Assembly (NCBI GenBank): GCA_016187335.1
Contig: JACPJW010000001.1
Coordinates: forward strand, 736,001 to 800,000
Direction: 5' to 3'
Length of the DNA stretch: 64,000 nt
DNA from: Candidatus Aenigmatarchaeota archaeon
GTDB taxonomy: Archaea > Aenigmatarchaeota > Aenigmatarchaeia > GW2011-AR5
Shown: piece after piece, positions 8,507 through 17,407 of the stretch
Position numbering within the stretch: the first letter of the stretch is position 1
Layout of the letters: each line of letters begins with the position of its first letter
Program-made: the position numbers and the translations under genes
Notes under the pieces: model-generated
Database searches by the model: none
What the model was told of the DNA's origin: nothing
What the model saw: the letters and a program-made list of their open reading frames with translations, nothing else

Positions 8507-9112
8507 TCACAGTTCCTCTATCCATTTTTCGCTGCCGACTGTCGTTTCCTCGCCGTGGCCTGAATAAACCTTCGTGTTGGGCGGCAGTTTGAGCAGTCTT
8601 TTCAAGGAAGCTATCATTTTACCGTGGTCGCCGCCGGGAAAATCCGTCCTTCCGCAGCTGCCGGCAAACAGCGTGTCGCCCGAGAAAAGTATATTGCTTT
8701 TTGCCTCGTAAAGGCACACGGATCCCGGGGAATGTCCGGGCGTTTCCATGACTTCCAAGGAAATCGAGCCGAGTTTTATGACATCGCCCTCGTCAAGGTG
8801 CGTGTCCGCGCGCGACGCAGGAATATCAAATGGGGCGTTCCCCGGCTCCCAAAGCATCTTTTCATCGTTCTTGTGCACGGCTATCATCGCCTTTGTTTTT
8901 TCCTTCAGTGCTTTGTTGTCGGCGATGTGGTCCCAGTGGCCGTGGGTGTTTGCTATCAGCAGCAATTTCAGCTTGTTTTTGCCCAGCTCGTCCAGCACCT
9001 GCCCGTAGCATCCTTTCGGAGCATCTATAATCAGCGCTTTTCTTTCGTCATCATCCCATATCAAGTAACTGTTCGTCGCCGCAGGGCCGCAGGTGAATTT
9101 TTTGATGAGCAT
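8507..9112 (-). CDS. MBL-fold metallo-hydrolase (glyoxalase II-like)
   Basis: THGHWDH, TPGHSPG, SGDTLF, SGHG. Confidence 0.93.
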   Translation of the reverse strand: MLIKKFTCGPAATNSYLIWDDDERKALIIDAPKGCYGQVLDELGKNKLKLLLIANTHGHWDHIADNKALKEKTKAMIAVHKNDEKMLWEPGNAPFDIPASRADTHLDEGDVIKLGSISLEVMETPGHSPGSVCLYEAKSNILFSGDTLFAGSCGRTDFPGGDHGKMIASLKRLLKLPPNTKVYSGHGEETTVGSEKWIEEL

Positions 9113-9397
9113 GCTAAATAAATGTCAGAAGCCGCTAAAATACATTTCACGGCGAATCAAAATAATGGATTACGCTTATAGTGAACCCAGTAAATAATCA
9201 GGATATGTTATACTGGGTTCACATATAGTTCACAAGGAAATAATATCCAGAATCTTTCCTTGTAGAACTATATACATGGAGAATACCACTGTTTTCAGAC
9301 AAAGGTATTATGATGGTATTATCCTGTATAAAATCAGTCCACTATAAAATATATGGTATTTCTCTGAAATACCACCATTTTAGATGGTGGATTGATT

Positions 9398-9406
9398 TTT
9401 ATAAAA
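9398..9406 (+). promoter_or_regulatory. TATA box of tRNA-Thr
   Basis: TTTATAAAA ending about 25 nt before the tRNA 5' end. Confidence 0.55.
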
Positions 9407-9430
9407 TATATTCCATATTTAATGACTAAC

Positions 9431-9551
9431 GCCACCATAGCTCAATCCGAACTTTTCCGAAAAGTTCGATCAAAAGGGAAAGTTTGGGGGAAATTGGCAG
9501 AGCATCTGTTTTGTAAACAGAAGGTTGGGGGTTCAAGTCCCTCTGGTGGCT
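9431..9551 (+). tRNA. tRNA-Thr(TGT) with 48-nt D-loop intron at 15/16
   Basis: Removing 9446-9493 gives GCCACCA TA GCTC AATTGGCA GAGC A TCTGT TTTGTAA ACAGA AGGTT GGGGG TTCAAGT CCCTC TGGTGGC T, a canonical cloverleaf. Confidence 0.9.
9446..9493 (+). other. non-canonical tRNA intron made of the palindromic element
   Basis: 12-bp stem CCGAACTTTTCC/GGGAAAGTTTGG; junctions GCTC AA|T and GGGA AA|T. Confidence 0.75.
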
Positions 9552-9598
9552 CTTGATGCGGCACTGAAAACTATAAAATACAAGATTGAAATAGAATT

Positions 9599-10936
9599 AT
9601 GGAAAAGGCTGTTATTTTGATTGCATTATCCGCGACACTGCTTGTTCTTGGCTGCGTATCCGACCAGCCGGCTGTGAGGCCGCTTCTAGACAAAACCGGT
9701 AAATCCGCTGAACCCGAATCCCTGGAAAATATTCCTCGTGATGTTTTAAGCTCAATCTGCCGGCAGGAAAAGTGGCCTCCTGATTGCACAGTCATTCATG
9801 ATGCCGATGGACAGGAAATATGCAAAAAATGCAAGTTAATGTTCCCAGAAGCTGTTGTCCAGGAAAATTACCAGACATCCCAGCCAGGCAGATCCCAAAG
9901 TGCTTGCTCTGGCGGCGCAATCATGTTTGACTATCCGCCCGTGAACCTGGGGAAAATAACCCATATTGAGCCGATGGGCAGTCTGCACGGAGAGCACGTA
10001 GCCCCGATTGACCACCAGTATTATCAAAATTTCAACAGCAACGAACCGACAATAGAAGTGTACTCTCCTGCCGATGGCGTTATAACAGAAATCCAGCACA
10101 TGGGATCGTTTAGAGGCGATGTAGTAAGGGAGCCCTTTGACGATTACCGCTTAGTCATAGAACACACTTGTTCAATCTCAACATTTTTTATACATATAGA
10201 CAAGCTCTCCGGCAAAATAATGGAGGTTGCCCCGGAGTTTGGAAAACAGAAGAGCGTGAGCATTCCGGTGAAAGCAGGGGAAACCATAGGATGGTTTGAC
10301 AGCAATGTTGATTTTAATGTTGTTGACACTGCAATCACTATTAACCTGATTGAGCCCGAAAGTTACAGATCTTTTCCGTTCAGGCTTCATATCCAGGACC
10401 CGTTTATTTACTTTAATGAGCCGGTGAAAAGCCAGCTTATTGCCAAAAGCCTGAGGACAGCCAAGCCGGAAGGTGGGTTTATTGATTACGATATTGACGG
10501 CAAGGCCATTGGAACATGGTTCAGGGAAAACACCAACGGATGGTCTGGGTTAAATCCTGAAAGATACTGGGCAGACCATCTGGCAATAGTATATGACAGC
10601 ATTGACACGGAACACATTTTGTTTTCTGTCGGCACGTTCAAAGGAAAAGCCCGGCAGTTTGGGGTGAAAGGAAATGCCCCCAAGCCGGATGAAATAAGCG
10701 TTGGGAGCGGCTTAATTAAATATGAACTGGTTGATTATCAGTATTATGACGGGGATCAAAAATGGGATTACAAAAAATTAGTCAGGGGCCTGAAGCTGAA
10801 AAACATGGACAATGTTCTGGGTGTTGCATTACTGCAAATGTTTGAGAATAGAAAATTAAAGGTAGAGGTATTCCCGGATAAAACCGCCGCAGAAGTGCAA
10901 GGGTTTACAAGCAATGCGATGATCTATGAAAGGTAG
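9599..10936 (+). CDS. secreted lipoprotein, distant M23/LytM-like fold
   Basis: Signal peptide ending LGC; VYSPADGVITEI and VKAGETIG segments resemble the M23 fold. Confidence 0.6.
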   Translation: MEKAVILIALSATLLVLGCVSDQPAVRPLLDKTGKSAEPESLENIPRDVLSSICRQEKWPPDCTVIHDADGQEICKKCKLMFPEAVVQENYQTSQPGRSQSACSGGAIMFDYPPVNLGKITHIEPMGSLHGEHVAPIDHQYYQNFNSNEPTIEVYSPADGVITEIQHMGSFRGDVVREPFDDYRLVIEHTCSISTFFIHIDKLSGKIMEVAPEFGKQKSVSIPVKAGETIGWFDSNVDFNVVDTAITINLIEPESYRSFPFRLHIQDPFIYFNEPVKSQLIAKSLRTAKPEGGFIDYDIDGKAIGTWFRENTNGWSGLNPERYWADHLAIVYDSIDTEHILFSVGTFKGKARQFGVKGNAPKPDEISVGSGLIKYELVDYQYYDGDQKWDYKKLVRGLKLKNMDNVLGVALLQMFENRKLKVEVFPDKTAAEVQGFTSNAMIYER

Positions 10937-10964
10937 CATTACCGCAAGAAGGCTCGCTTAGAGG

Positions 10965-11228
10965 TTATTTCTTCCTCTTCACTATCTTCCTCTGCAAAAT
11001 CCGCTTCGCCTTCTCAAGCTCGCGGCGGCGTTCCACAGGCAATTTTTTGCCTGCGCGATTGATGAACATCTGTACCATGCGGATGGCGGAGCCGATGCCT
11101 TTGGGGCTGACCTTCCTTGATGCCATTATCCTTGCGATGCTTTCTGCTTTTTTCGTGAAAGTGCCGGGCGGCGGGTAGGTTGAAACCGTTTTAATCTTGT
11201 GGAACCAGAGCTTTTTTCCTCTCGGCAT
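10965..11228 (-). CDS. DUF3175-like protein
   Basis: PPGTFTK..SIA, SAIRMVQMFINRAGK.L..ERR..LE.AK pattern. Confidence 0.8.
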   Translation of the reverse strand: MPRGKKLWFHKIKTVSTYPPPGTFTKKAESIARIMASRKVSPKGIGSAIRMVQMFINRAGKKLPVERRRELEKAKRILQRKIVKRKK

Positions 11229-11257
11229 GCTATCACTTGTAATTTATTCAATAAAAA

Positions 11258-11434
11258 TCATGCCGGCATGCTCTTCCCTAGAGCCCATGAAAGCACGAAA
11301 AGTATCAGGAAAACGATGAACAGTATTTTCGCTATGTCTATGGCAACTCCGGCCACTGTTGTGAATCCCATAATGGCTGCTATAATTGCCAGTATAAGGA
11401 ACGCCAGTGTCCATGATATGAGCCCTTTTGACAT
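11258..11434 (-). CDS. DUF1328 (UPF0391) small membrane protein
   Basis: WTLAFLILAIIAAIMGFTTVAGVAIDIAKILF. Confidence 0.85.
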   Translation of the reverse strand: MSKGLISWTLAFLILAIIAAIMGFTTVAGVAIDIAKILFIVFLILFVLSWALGKSMPA

Positions 11435-11626
11435 CCTGCCACCAAATAAAAAGAAACCCGCAATAGAAATAAAAAGCATCCTTGCTGCAGCAAAAATTAC
11501 TTTCTGTCCCTAAAGTTGTAAAAAATTCCATTTTTTTGCCTTTAAGAACCTTTTGGCTCCTCAGAAACTCTTGGAATGCTTTTGTGATTTTTTCCAATCA
11601 ATCGGAATTTTCATCAGGTGATTTGA

Positions 11627-12619
11627 ATGAAATACAATGCGATTATTTTTGCGCTCCTATCGGCCTTGCTTGTAGCCGGATGCGTGCAGCAGGCAGGCGC
11701 GGCGAAAGGATCTGTATTCTTTACAATGGCCGACGCGGCGGCGGACATGGGCGCGGTGAGCAGCGTTGTAGTCACTGTCGACAGCGTCAGGGCGCATAGC
11801 AACACCCAGGGATGGATAACTGTTTCTTCGGAAACGCGCACGTACGATCTGATGCAGCTGAAGGCCCAGAGCAACCAGGTTTTGCTCGCGGAAGCGCAGC
11901 TTGATCCCGGAACTTACCAGCAGGTGCGCCTGGATGTTTCAAAGGTTGTGGTTACGGACGCCGGCGGCGAACATGAAGCCAGGCTGCCTTCAGGCGAGCT
12001 GAAGATTGTTGGGCAGCTCATTGTGGAAGCCAACAAGACGTCCTCGGTCACCTTCGACTTCATAGCTGACGAGTCGCTGCATGTCACGGGAAACGGCCAG
12101 TATGTTTTCGCCCCGGTGGTGCAGCTGACCACGCGGCACAGTGCCGACGTTGATGTAAGGAACACGAACAACGTGCAGATTCGCAGCGGCACTGTAGATA
12201 CCGATACCAAGGTGGGAATGGACATCAACGGAAACGTCGGCGTGGGCGTAAAGATTGACCCTAACGTCGTTATCAATGTCGGTGCGGACGGAAAAGTCAT
12301 CATCGGCGTCGGCGCTCCGCCGCCTGCTCCGAAGCCAAAGCTTGTCATTAACATAACCGTCGAAGCGGACAACAACACGCTTTACCCTGTCAGCGCTGAA
12401 GTGAAAAAAGATGCGACGGTGCGCCTTACGTTCAGGGTGCGCGAGGGCACAAACTCGACGGGACTTGAATTCAGGAGCGAGAAGTTCACGACAGGCCCTG
12501 TGCTGCCGGGTGCCAGCGCAACCGTGGAATTCACCGCGGACAAATCGTTCAGTTATTCAACCTACTTCGGCGGAAGCAGCGTGAAGAGAGCCGAAGGCTG
12601 GATTATTGCATCCTTATAG
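11627..12619 (+). CDS. DUF4382-domain lipoprotein with C-terminal cupredoxin-like domain
   Basis: Lipobox AGC; FTMADA..VVVTVDSVRAH..YDL..LDPGTYQQVRL. Confidence 0.7.
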   Translation: MKYNAIIFALLSALLVAGCVQQAGAAKGSVFFTMADAAADMGAVSSVVVTVDSVRAHSNTQGWITVSSETRTYDLMQLKAQSNQVLLAEAQLDPGTYQQVRLDVSKVVVTDAGGEHEARLPSGELKIVGQLIVEANKTSSVTFDFIADESLHVTGNGQYVFAPVVQLTTRHSADVDVRNTNNVQIRSGTVDTDTKVGMDINGNVGVGVKIDPNVVINVGADGKVIIGVGAPPPAPKPKLVINITVEADNNTLYPVSAEVKKDATVRLTFRVREGTNSTGLEFRSEKFTTGPVLPGASATVEFTADKSFSYSTYFGGSSVKRAEGWIIASL

Positions 12620-12761
12620 CTTCTATAGCATGTGACATAAATAATCAAACATATTATGATGTCACTGCTATATGCAGAAGACATTAAATTGTACGAAAAC
12701 TAATGTCTTCTACTATATTGTCAATTGATTTCCAACAGATAAATTTTATCGGGCGATTCGA

Positions 12762-13178
12762 ATGAAATACGAAAATGCCATCATTTTCGCGCTTATTCCG
12801 GCGCTGTTCATAGCGGGATGCGTGCAGCAGTCGCAGCCGAAAGGATTAGGAGACTACACCCCGCCTACGGGCACGCCTTCCCTGGAAATGCTGTCGCCGA
12901 AAGACGGCGATGTCATAAACGGCTCGGCTGTTGCGATAAAGGTGAACGTCACGAATTTCCGGCTTGCCGACATTGCTGCAAACAGGGCAAACAGGGATAA
13001 CGAAGGTCACATACATTACTATCTGGACGACAGGGAGCAGAGGGTTCCCTACACGATAGTGTCGTTCACAAACGTCCCGGCCGGCGAACATTCCATCAGG
13101 ATTGAGCTGCACAACAACGACCATTCGCCGCTGTTCCCGCCAGTGACGGTTTCCATCAGGATAAGAACGACGGGCTGA
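12762..13178 (+). CDS. lipoprotein with Ig-like domain and GHIHYYLD motif
   Basis: Lipobox AGC; SPKDGDVI, EGHIHYYLD, GEHSIRIELHNNDH. Confidence 0.65.
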   Translation: MKYENAIIFALIPALFIAGCVQQSQPKGLGDYTPPTGTPSLEMLSPKDGDVINGSAVAIKVNVTNFRLADIAANRANRDNEGHIHYYLDDREQRVPYTIVSFTNVPAGEHSIRIELHNNDHSPLFPPVTVSIRIRTTG

Positions 13179-13191
13179 AGCCCGTAGATAT

Positions 13192-14067
13192 TTATCTTTC
13201 TCCGGCCCACTCGTGCAGCTTCTCCGCCAGTTCTTCCTTTTCCTCGGCGCCCGCCAGCTTCTCCGCCAAAGTTTTGAGAGAAAGCTTCTTCACCTTGAGG
13301 AATTTCAGAAGCTTTGCGGGCGTGAACTTCTTTTTCTGCGGCGAGCGCGGCGGCAGCATGGACTTGAGCGTTATATAATAATAAATCGCCGCGGAGACAT
13401 CCCTGGCTGTTGCGCCTTTGGCTTTCTTTTTCACTCCTTCCGCAAATCCTTCGGCCTGCTTCATGAAGTAGGCATCGTCCTCGTAGAACTGGTAATAAGG
13501 GCCTATGTCTTCATTGACGAACTTCTTCGTCTGCCATGACGGCGGGCAGAAATCGTAGCCGAAGCCGACGGAGTGCAGCCAGAAGATTATCTTTGTGTAT
13601 CTTATGTTCGGGACGTCGGCGTCTTTCACGAGCCCTTCTATGAATTCCCATGTCTTTTCCTTTGTGCCGAGGGTTTTTTCCAGGGTTTCCGGCGTTATGC
13701 CGTTCTTTTCAAAGAAGCGCGCGCTGCCTTTTATGGAAGCGCTTATGCGGAACATCTCCTTTTTCAGCTCGCGCAGCATCTCAAGGGTTTCTTTGTCCCT
13801 TATCCTGTACATCCGCTCGTCCAGAATCTTTTCAACAGCTTCCCTCCAGTCCTCGCCGCTTGTTTTCCTGACGTAATCCATGCCCAGCTGCGGCTTGAGG
13901 ATGCTTAATACAAGATTTATTTCTGCCTCGCTTCTCTTGCCGCCCATGAAGACGATGAAAAGGAACTTGTCCCACAGCTCTCCCGTGCTTTTCAACTTTT
14001 CAGGCCGGTCCTTCATGGCCAGCCTTACCAGGTCCAGGAAGCCTTCAGGCATCTCGTTATCGGGCAT
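13192..14067 (-). CDS. hypothetical protein, weak resemblance to HhH DNA glycosylases (Ogg-like)
   Basis: VPNIRYTKIIFWLHSVG aligns loosely with Ogg GIGYKEASHFLRNVG; start moved to MPDNE. Confidence 0.5.
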   Translation of the reverse strand: MPDNEMPEGFLDLVRLAMKDRPEKLKSTGELWDKFLFIVFMGGKRSEAEINLVLSILKPQLGMDYVRKTSGEDWREAVEKILDERMYRIRDKETLEMLRELKKEMFRISASIKGSARFFEKNGITPETLEKTLGTKEKTWEFIEGLVKDADVPNIRYTKIIFWLHSVGFGYDFCPPSWQTKKFVNEDIGPYYQFYEDDAYFMKQAEGFAEGVKKKAKGATARDVSAAIYYYITLKSMLPPRSPQKKKFTPAKLLKFLKVKKLSLKTLAEKLAGAEEKEELAEKLHEWAGER

Positions 14068-14112
14068 TGTTTCACGTTCCAGATCTCTAAACTGTTGTAA
14101 AGACTTAAAAAC

Positions 14113-14766
14113 GTGAATCATGATAGTTTAAGGATGCTGGATGTAATCAACATATTCCTTCATCTTGACCAGTACTTCGGCTCGCTGATAAACGAGTACA
14201 GCATATGGATTTATCTTATCCTTTTCGTGACGGTCTTCCTGGAAACAGGAATTATCGTTACGCCGTTCCTCCCGGGAGACAGCCTGATTTTTCTCGCAGG
14301 CGCTTTCGCGGCTGCCGGCAGGCTTGATATGGCGGTACTTTTTGTTGTTTTTGCAGCTGCAGCGATTTTGGGCGACACAGTGAATTACTGGATAGGGCAT
14401 CACGTTGGTCGCAGGGTTCTGCACAAAAAAGTCCGCTTCGTTAGAAAGGAATACGTAGAAAGGACTTACGATTTCTACGAGAAGCACGGCGGGAAAACAA
14501 TAGTAGCCGCGAGGTTCATCCCGATAATACGCACGTTCGCGCCCTTCGTGGCAGGCATCGCAAGGATGAATTACAGCAGATTTTTGTTCTTCAACGTAAC
14601 CGGCGCTGTTCTGTGGGTCGCGTCGTTCCTTGCCCTGGGATACTATTTCGGCAGCATACCTTTAGTCAAGGAAAACCTTGGACTGGCGATAATTGCGATT
14701 ATTCTGGTGACGGTTCTTTATTCTTTGTTTGAACTTTACAGGAGCAGGAAGAAAAGCGGAAAATAA
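14113..14766 (+). CDS. dedA: DedA/VTT-family membrane protein
   Basis: FLETGIIVTPFLPGDSL, GDTVNYWIG, RFIPIIRTFAPFVAG. Confidence 0.93.
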   Translation: MNHDSLRMLDVINIFLHLDQYFGSLINEYSIWIYLILFVTVFLETGIIVTPFLPGDSLIFLAGAFAAAGRLDMAVLFVVFAAAAILGDTVNYWIGHHVGRRVLHKKVRFVRKEYVERTYDFYEKHGGKTIVAARFIPIIRTFAPFVAGIARMNYSRFLFFNVTGAVLWVASFLALGYYFGSIPLVKENLGLAIIAIILVTVLYSLFELYRSRKKSGK

Positions 14767-14988
14767 TACAGTAATTTCAGAAAGAAATCCGCCGGATTGT
14801 TTCCTGTTGTGAAAAACCATTGCCTAAAGGCAGTGGCATCTGAAAGATGCCATTGATATTATAAACAATGTTTTTTACGCTCAAAAACCATAGGTCTTTG
14901 GCGTCTCAAAGAAGCTTTGCTTCTTTGCAGACATCTAACATTCCACCTTATAATACCACCATCTAAAGATAGGTGGAATGTTCAGATT

Positions 14989-15564
14989 TCAAGCCAGTCC
15001 CGATACGAATCCTGTGAAGACCAGCGCCACGATTATCAGGGCGAGGAGCAGGACCGGCAGGAGCCACGTAAGAGCGGCGCGGCCGGTGGAGTATTTATGG
15101 ACTTCCCTCAGGCCTATGGTAAGCACGTAAAGGCTGTACAGGTTCGCGGCAGCTGATAGAATCCCGCCGACGGCGGGTATCGGTCCCAGCAAGACGCCCA
15201 GCACCCCGAAAGGGGCGTTGACAAGAGCGATAATGTGCGCGTGCTGCAGTAAATTCCCCTTTCCCTCGAGAAAATGGGCGAAGACATAGAGCACTGATGC
15301 GGATATCGCCCAGAACAGGACAAAAACAGCGGGTATCATCGCAAGCGAGATCATGTAGAAGCTGGCTGCCCCTGTAAGCGCCTTCAGCTCCAGCATTCCT
15401 TGCGTCGGAACGAGCACGCTTATGATGGCAGCAAGAACGCCGGCGAACGCGACCTGGGCAAGGGATTCAAGAATATTTCTTTTTTTGCTTTCCTTTTTCG
15501 CAGTCTTGCCGGGGTTTGTCAGCATCCCGAGCCATTTCCTGAAAGTATCGGTGAAAAAATTCAT
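14989..15564 (-). CDS. Yip1-family membrane protein
   Basis: LTNPGKT N-terminus, 5 TM segments, GLREVHKYSTGRA. Confidence 0.85.
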   Translation of the reverse strand: MNFFTDTFRKWLGMLTNPGKTAKKESKKRNILESLAQVAFAGVLAAIISVLVPTQGMLELKALTGAASFYMISLAMIPAVFVLFWAISASVLYVFAHFLEGKGNLLQHAHIIALVNAPFGVLGVLLGPIPAVGGILSAAANLYSLYVLTIGLREVHKYSTGRAALTWLLPVLLLALIIVALVFTGFVSGLA

Positions 15565-15609
15565 GGCTATCTTCCTTTTTCACTTTGTATTTCTTTCTTT
15601 AAGAAGTTT

Positions 15610-16032
15610 TCAGACGTCCAAAATCACTCTGGCAATCCATTTCTTTTCTTTTTTCAATTCAAAGTTGTGGTAAGTCACGGCCTTAACGTCCACAAGCAGC
15701 TCATGCTTTTCCATGTCTAATTTCTCTCCGGATACCTTTGCCGTTAATACAAGGTTCTTTTCGTCTATTTTTACGGAAAATCTGCTCAGCAGAAGCTGTT
15801 TGGCGTCCTTCAGGAAAACTATTTCCTGCAAAAAATTGAACAGCAGCGATTCCAAAGAATCGCTCCTCAGCTTTATTGTTTTCGTCACCTTCGGCTTCAC
15901 TTTCTTCAGATCCCTGACCATCGTGTTCGTGACAGCCAGGCCCGCTGACTCAAAAAGCTCTTTCAATGTCCCGCCCGAGGCTTCAAAGGCCACGTCAGCT
16001 ATGGCAACGTCCTTGAAGAATCTGTAGGGCAT
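15610..16032 (-). CDS. archease (RtcB activator)
   Basis: YRFFKDVAIADVAFEASG, VKAVTYH, VILDV C-terminus. Confidence 0.93.
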   Translation of the reverse strand: MPYRFFKDVAIADVAFEASGGTLKELFESAGLAVTNTMVRDLKKVKPKVTKTIKLRSDSLESLLFNFLQEIVFLKDAKQLLLSRFSVKIDEKNLVLTAKVSGEKLDMEKHELLVDVKAVTYHNFELKKEKKWIARVILDV

Positions 16033-16036
16033 TTTT

Positions 16037-16789
16037 TCACCGTTTTGATCCTTTTGATACAACTTTTTGGAAAAGTTGTTTTCCGTTCAGGTAAGCTTTC
16101 CTTTTGCTTTCAGGAAATTTTTCTATCGCATACCTGAGCGTCGTCCTAGGTATTTTCTTGTAGTGCTTTCTTAAAAACTGCTCGAGCAAGCGTTCATCCT
16201 TCTTTCCCAGCTCGCGAAGCATCCACCCAACTGCTTTCTGGATGAGGTCGTGCTTGTCTTTAAGAAGGATTTTTGCGAGCTTTATCGTATCATCATACTG
16301 GTTGTTTCTCAGGAAGTAAAATGTTGCAATGATGGCCATTCTCCTTTCCCATATATTGCCTGATGCCGCAAGCTTGTACAAAACCGATCTGTCTTCGTTC
16401 AGCAGGTATCTGCCAAGAATCTTGTCGGCGCTCAGGTCAACAATGTCCCAGTTGTTGATGTATTTTGTCGATTTAAGGTAAAAATCAAGGATCTCCTTTT
16501 TGCGTTTAACGTCGCCTTCTTTTTCAGCTTTCTCATAATTATGGACCAGAAGCAGAACGGCGCACAAGCGCTCTTCATGTATTTTTGATTTCAGCAATGC
16601 TTCCGCTTCCTTTAGCGGCAGCGTTTTATGTTTTATTGCAACTTTCCTCGTTTCCGGCACTGGCACGCCTAAAAATACATCGCCTTCCCCGTATTGCCCG
16701 GGGCCTGTCTTGAAAAATCTCGCGGATATCCTGGATTTTTCTGCGCTTCCGAGATTCGCGAGTTCCGCTCTAACAGCTGTTAATGACAT
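16037..16789 (-). CDS. DNA alkylation repair protein (AlkD family)
   Basis: FFKTGPGQYGEGD, NNWDIVD, WERR, KAVGWMLRE, RTTLRYAIE. Confidence 0.92.
   Translation of the reverse strand: MSLTAVRAELANLGSAEKSRISARFFKTGPGQYGEGDVFLGVPVPETRKVAIKHKTLPLKEAEALLKSKIHEERLCAVLLLVHNYEKAEKEGDVKRKKEILDFYLKSTKYINNWDIVDLSADKILGRYLLNEDRSVLYKLAASGNIWERRMAIIATFYFLRNNQYDDTIKLAKILLKDKHDLIQKAVGWMLRELGKKDERLLEQFLRKHYKKIPRTTLRYAIEKFPESKRKAYLNGKQLFQKVVSKGSKR
16043..16079 (-). repeat. palindromic element copy inside the 3' end of the AlkD ORF
   Basis: CAACTTTTCCAAAAAGTTGTATCAAAAGGATCAAAA, translated as QLFQKVVSKGSK. Confidence 0.8.
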
Positions 16790-16798
16790 AGAACTGAA

Positions 16799-17341
16799 TT
16801 ATTTCAGAAACCCTTTAGAAGCCGGGTGCTGCAGGAATTTCTCCATGCTGAGGTAAAACCATTTCGTGTACTTCTTGTGTGTGGCGTCTTTTTTCATGTC
16901 TTCTATAACTTCAGCCAGCGGCACGAACTTCGCTTCGCTCATTTCTTCCCTGTTCGGAAAAAATCCATTGTTCCATTCCCCGGCCAAAGTCCGGCAAAAC
17001 TCGTTTTCTGAGCTGTCGCCGTAATGCTCCGTGTATATGAAAGCTCCGCAATCAGTCAGGCTGCGGGAAAAATCAATGCCCAGCTCGTGCTTCATGCTTC
17101 TTTTTGCCGCGCTGTCATAGTCCTCGCCGGCAAGAACATGGCTCGTGGCGGAAACGTCCCACCTGTCGCCGCCCAGCTTCTTGCCGACACGGTGCTGCAG
17201 CAGCAATTCTCCCTTGTTGTTGATAAGAATCACGACAAATGCGCGGTGGCGCTTTCCTGCTCCCGAATGGCATTCGCTGCGCGGCGCCGTGCCTAGTTCA
17301 TTGTCGTTGTCGTCAACAAGGATGAGCATCTGTTCGTTCAT
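16799..17341 (-). CDS. NUDIX hydrolase, type 1 IPP isomerase-like
   Basis: HRAF..LINNKGELLLQHR, SHVLAGE, RSMKHELG, ENEFC. Confidence 0.8.
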   Translation of the reverse strand: MNEQMLILVDDNDNELGTAPRSECHSGAGKRHRAFVVILINNKGELLLQHRVGKKLGGDRWDVSATSHVLAGEDYDSAAKRSMKHELGIDFSRSLTDCGAFIYTEHYGDSSENEFCRTLAGEWNNGFFPNREEMSEAKFVPLAEVIEDMKKDATHKKYTKWFYLSMEKFLQHPASKGFLK

Positions 17342-17407
17342 GAAAATCCACCGAGACGGGAAGGAAATAGCGATTCAGCATAACTTTACCTTCCGGCTTG
17401 CTTTTCC

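Noticed and set aside
9150-9415. CRISPR array
   Set aside because: No constant direct repeat with regular spacers here or elsewhere in the window, and no cas genes.
14815-14935. Short hairpins (also near 41490-41570 and 8160-8230) as a second repeat family
   Set aside because: Copies share too little sequence to define a consensus by eye.
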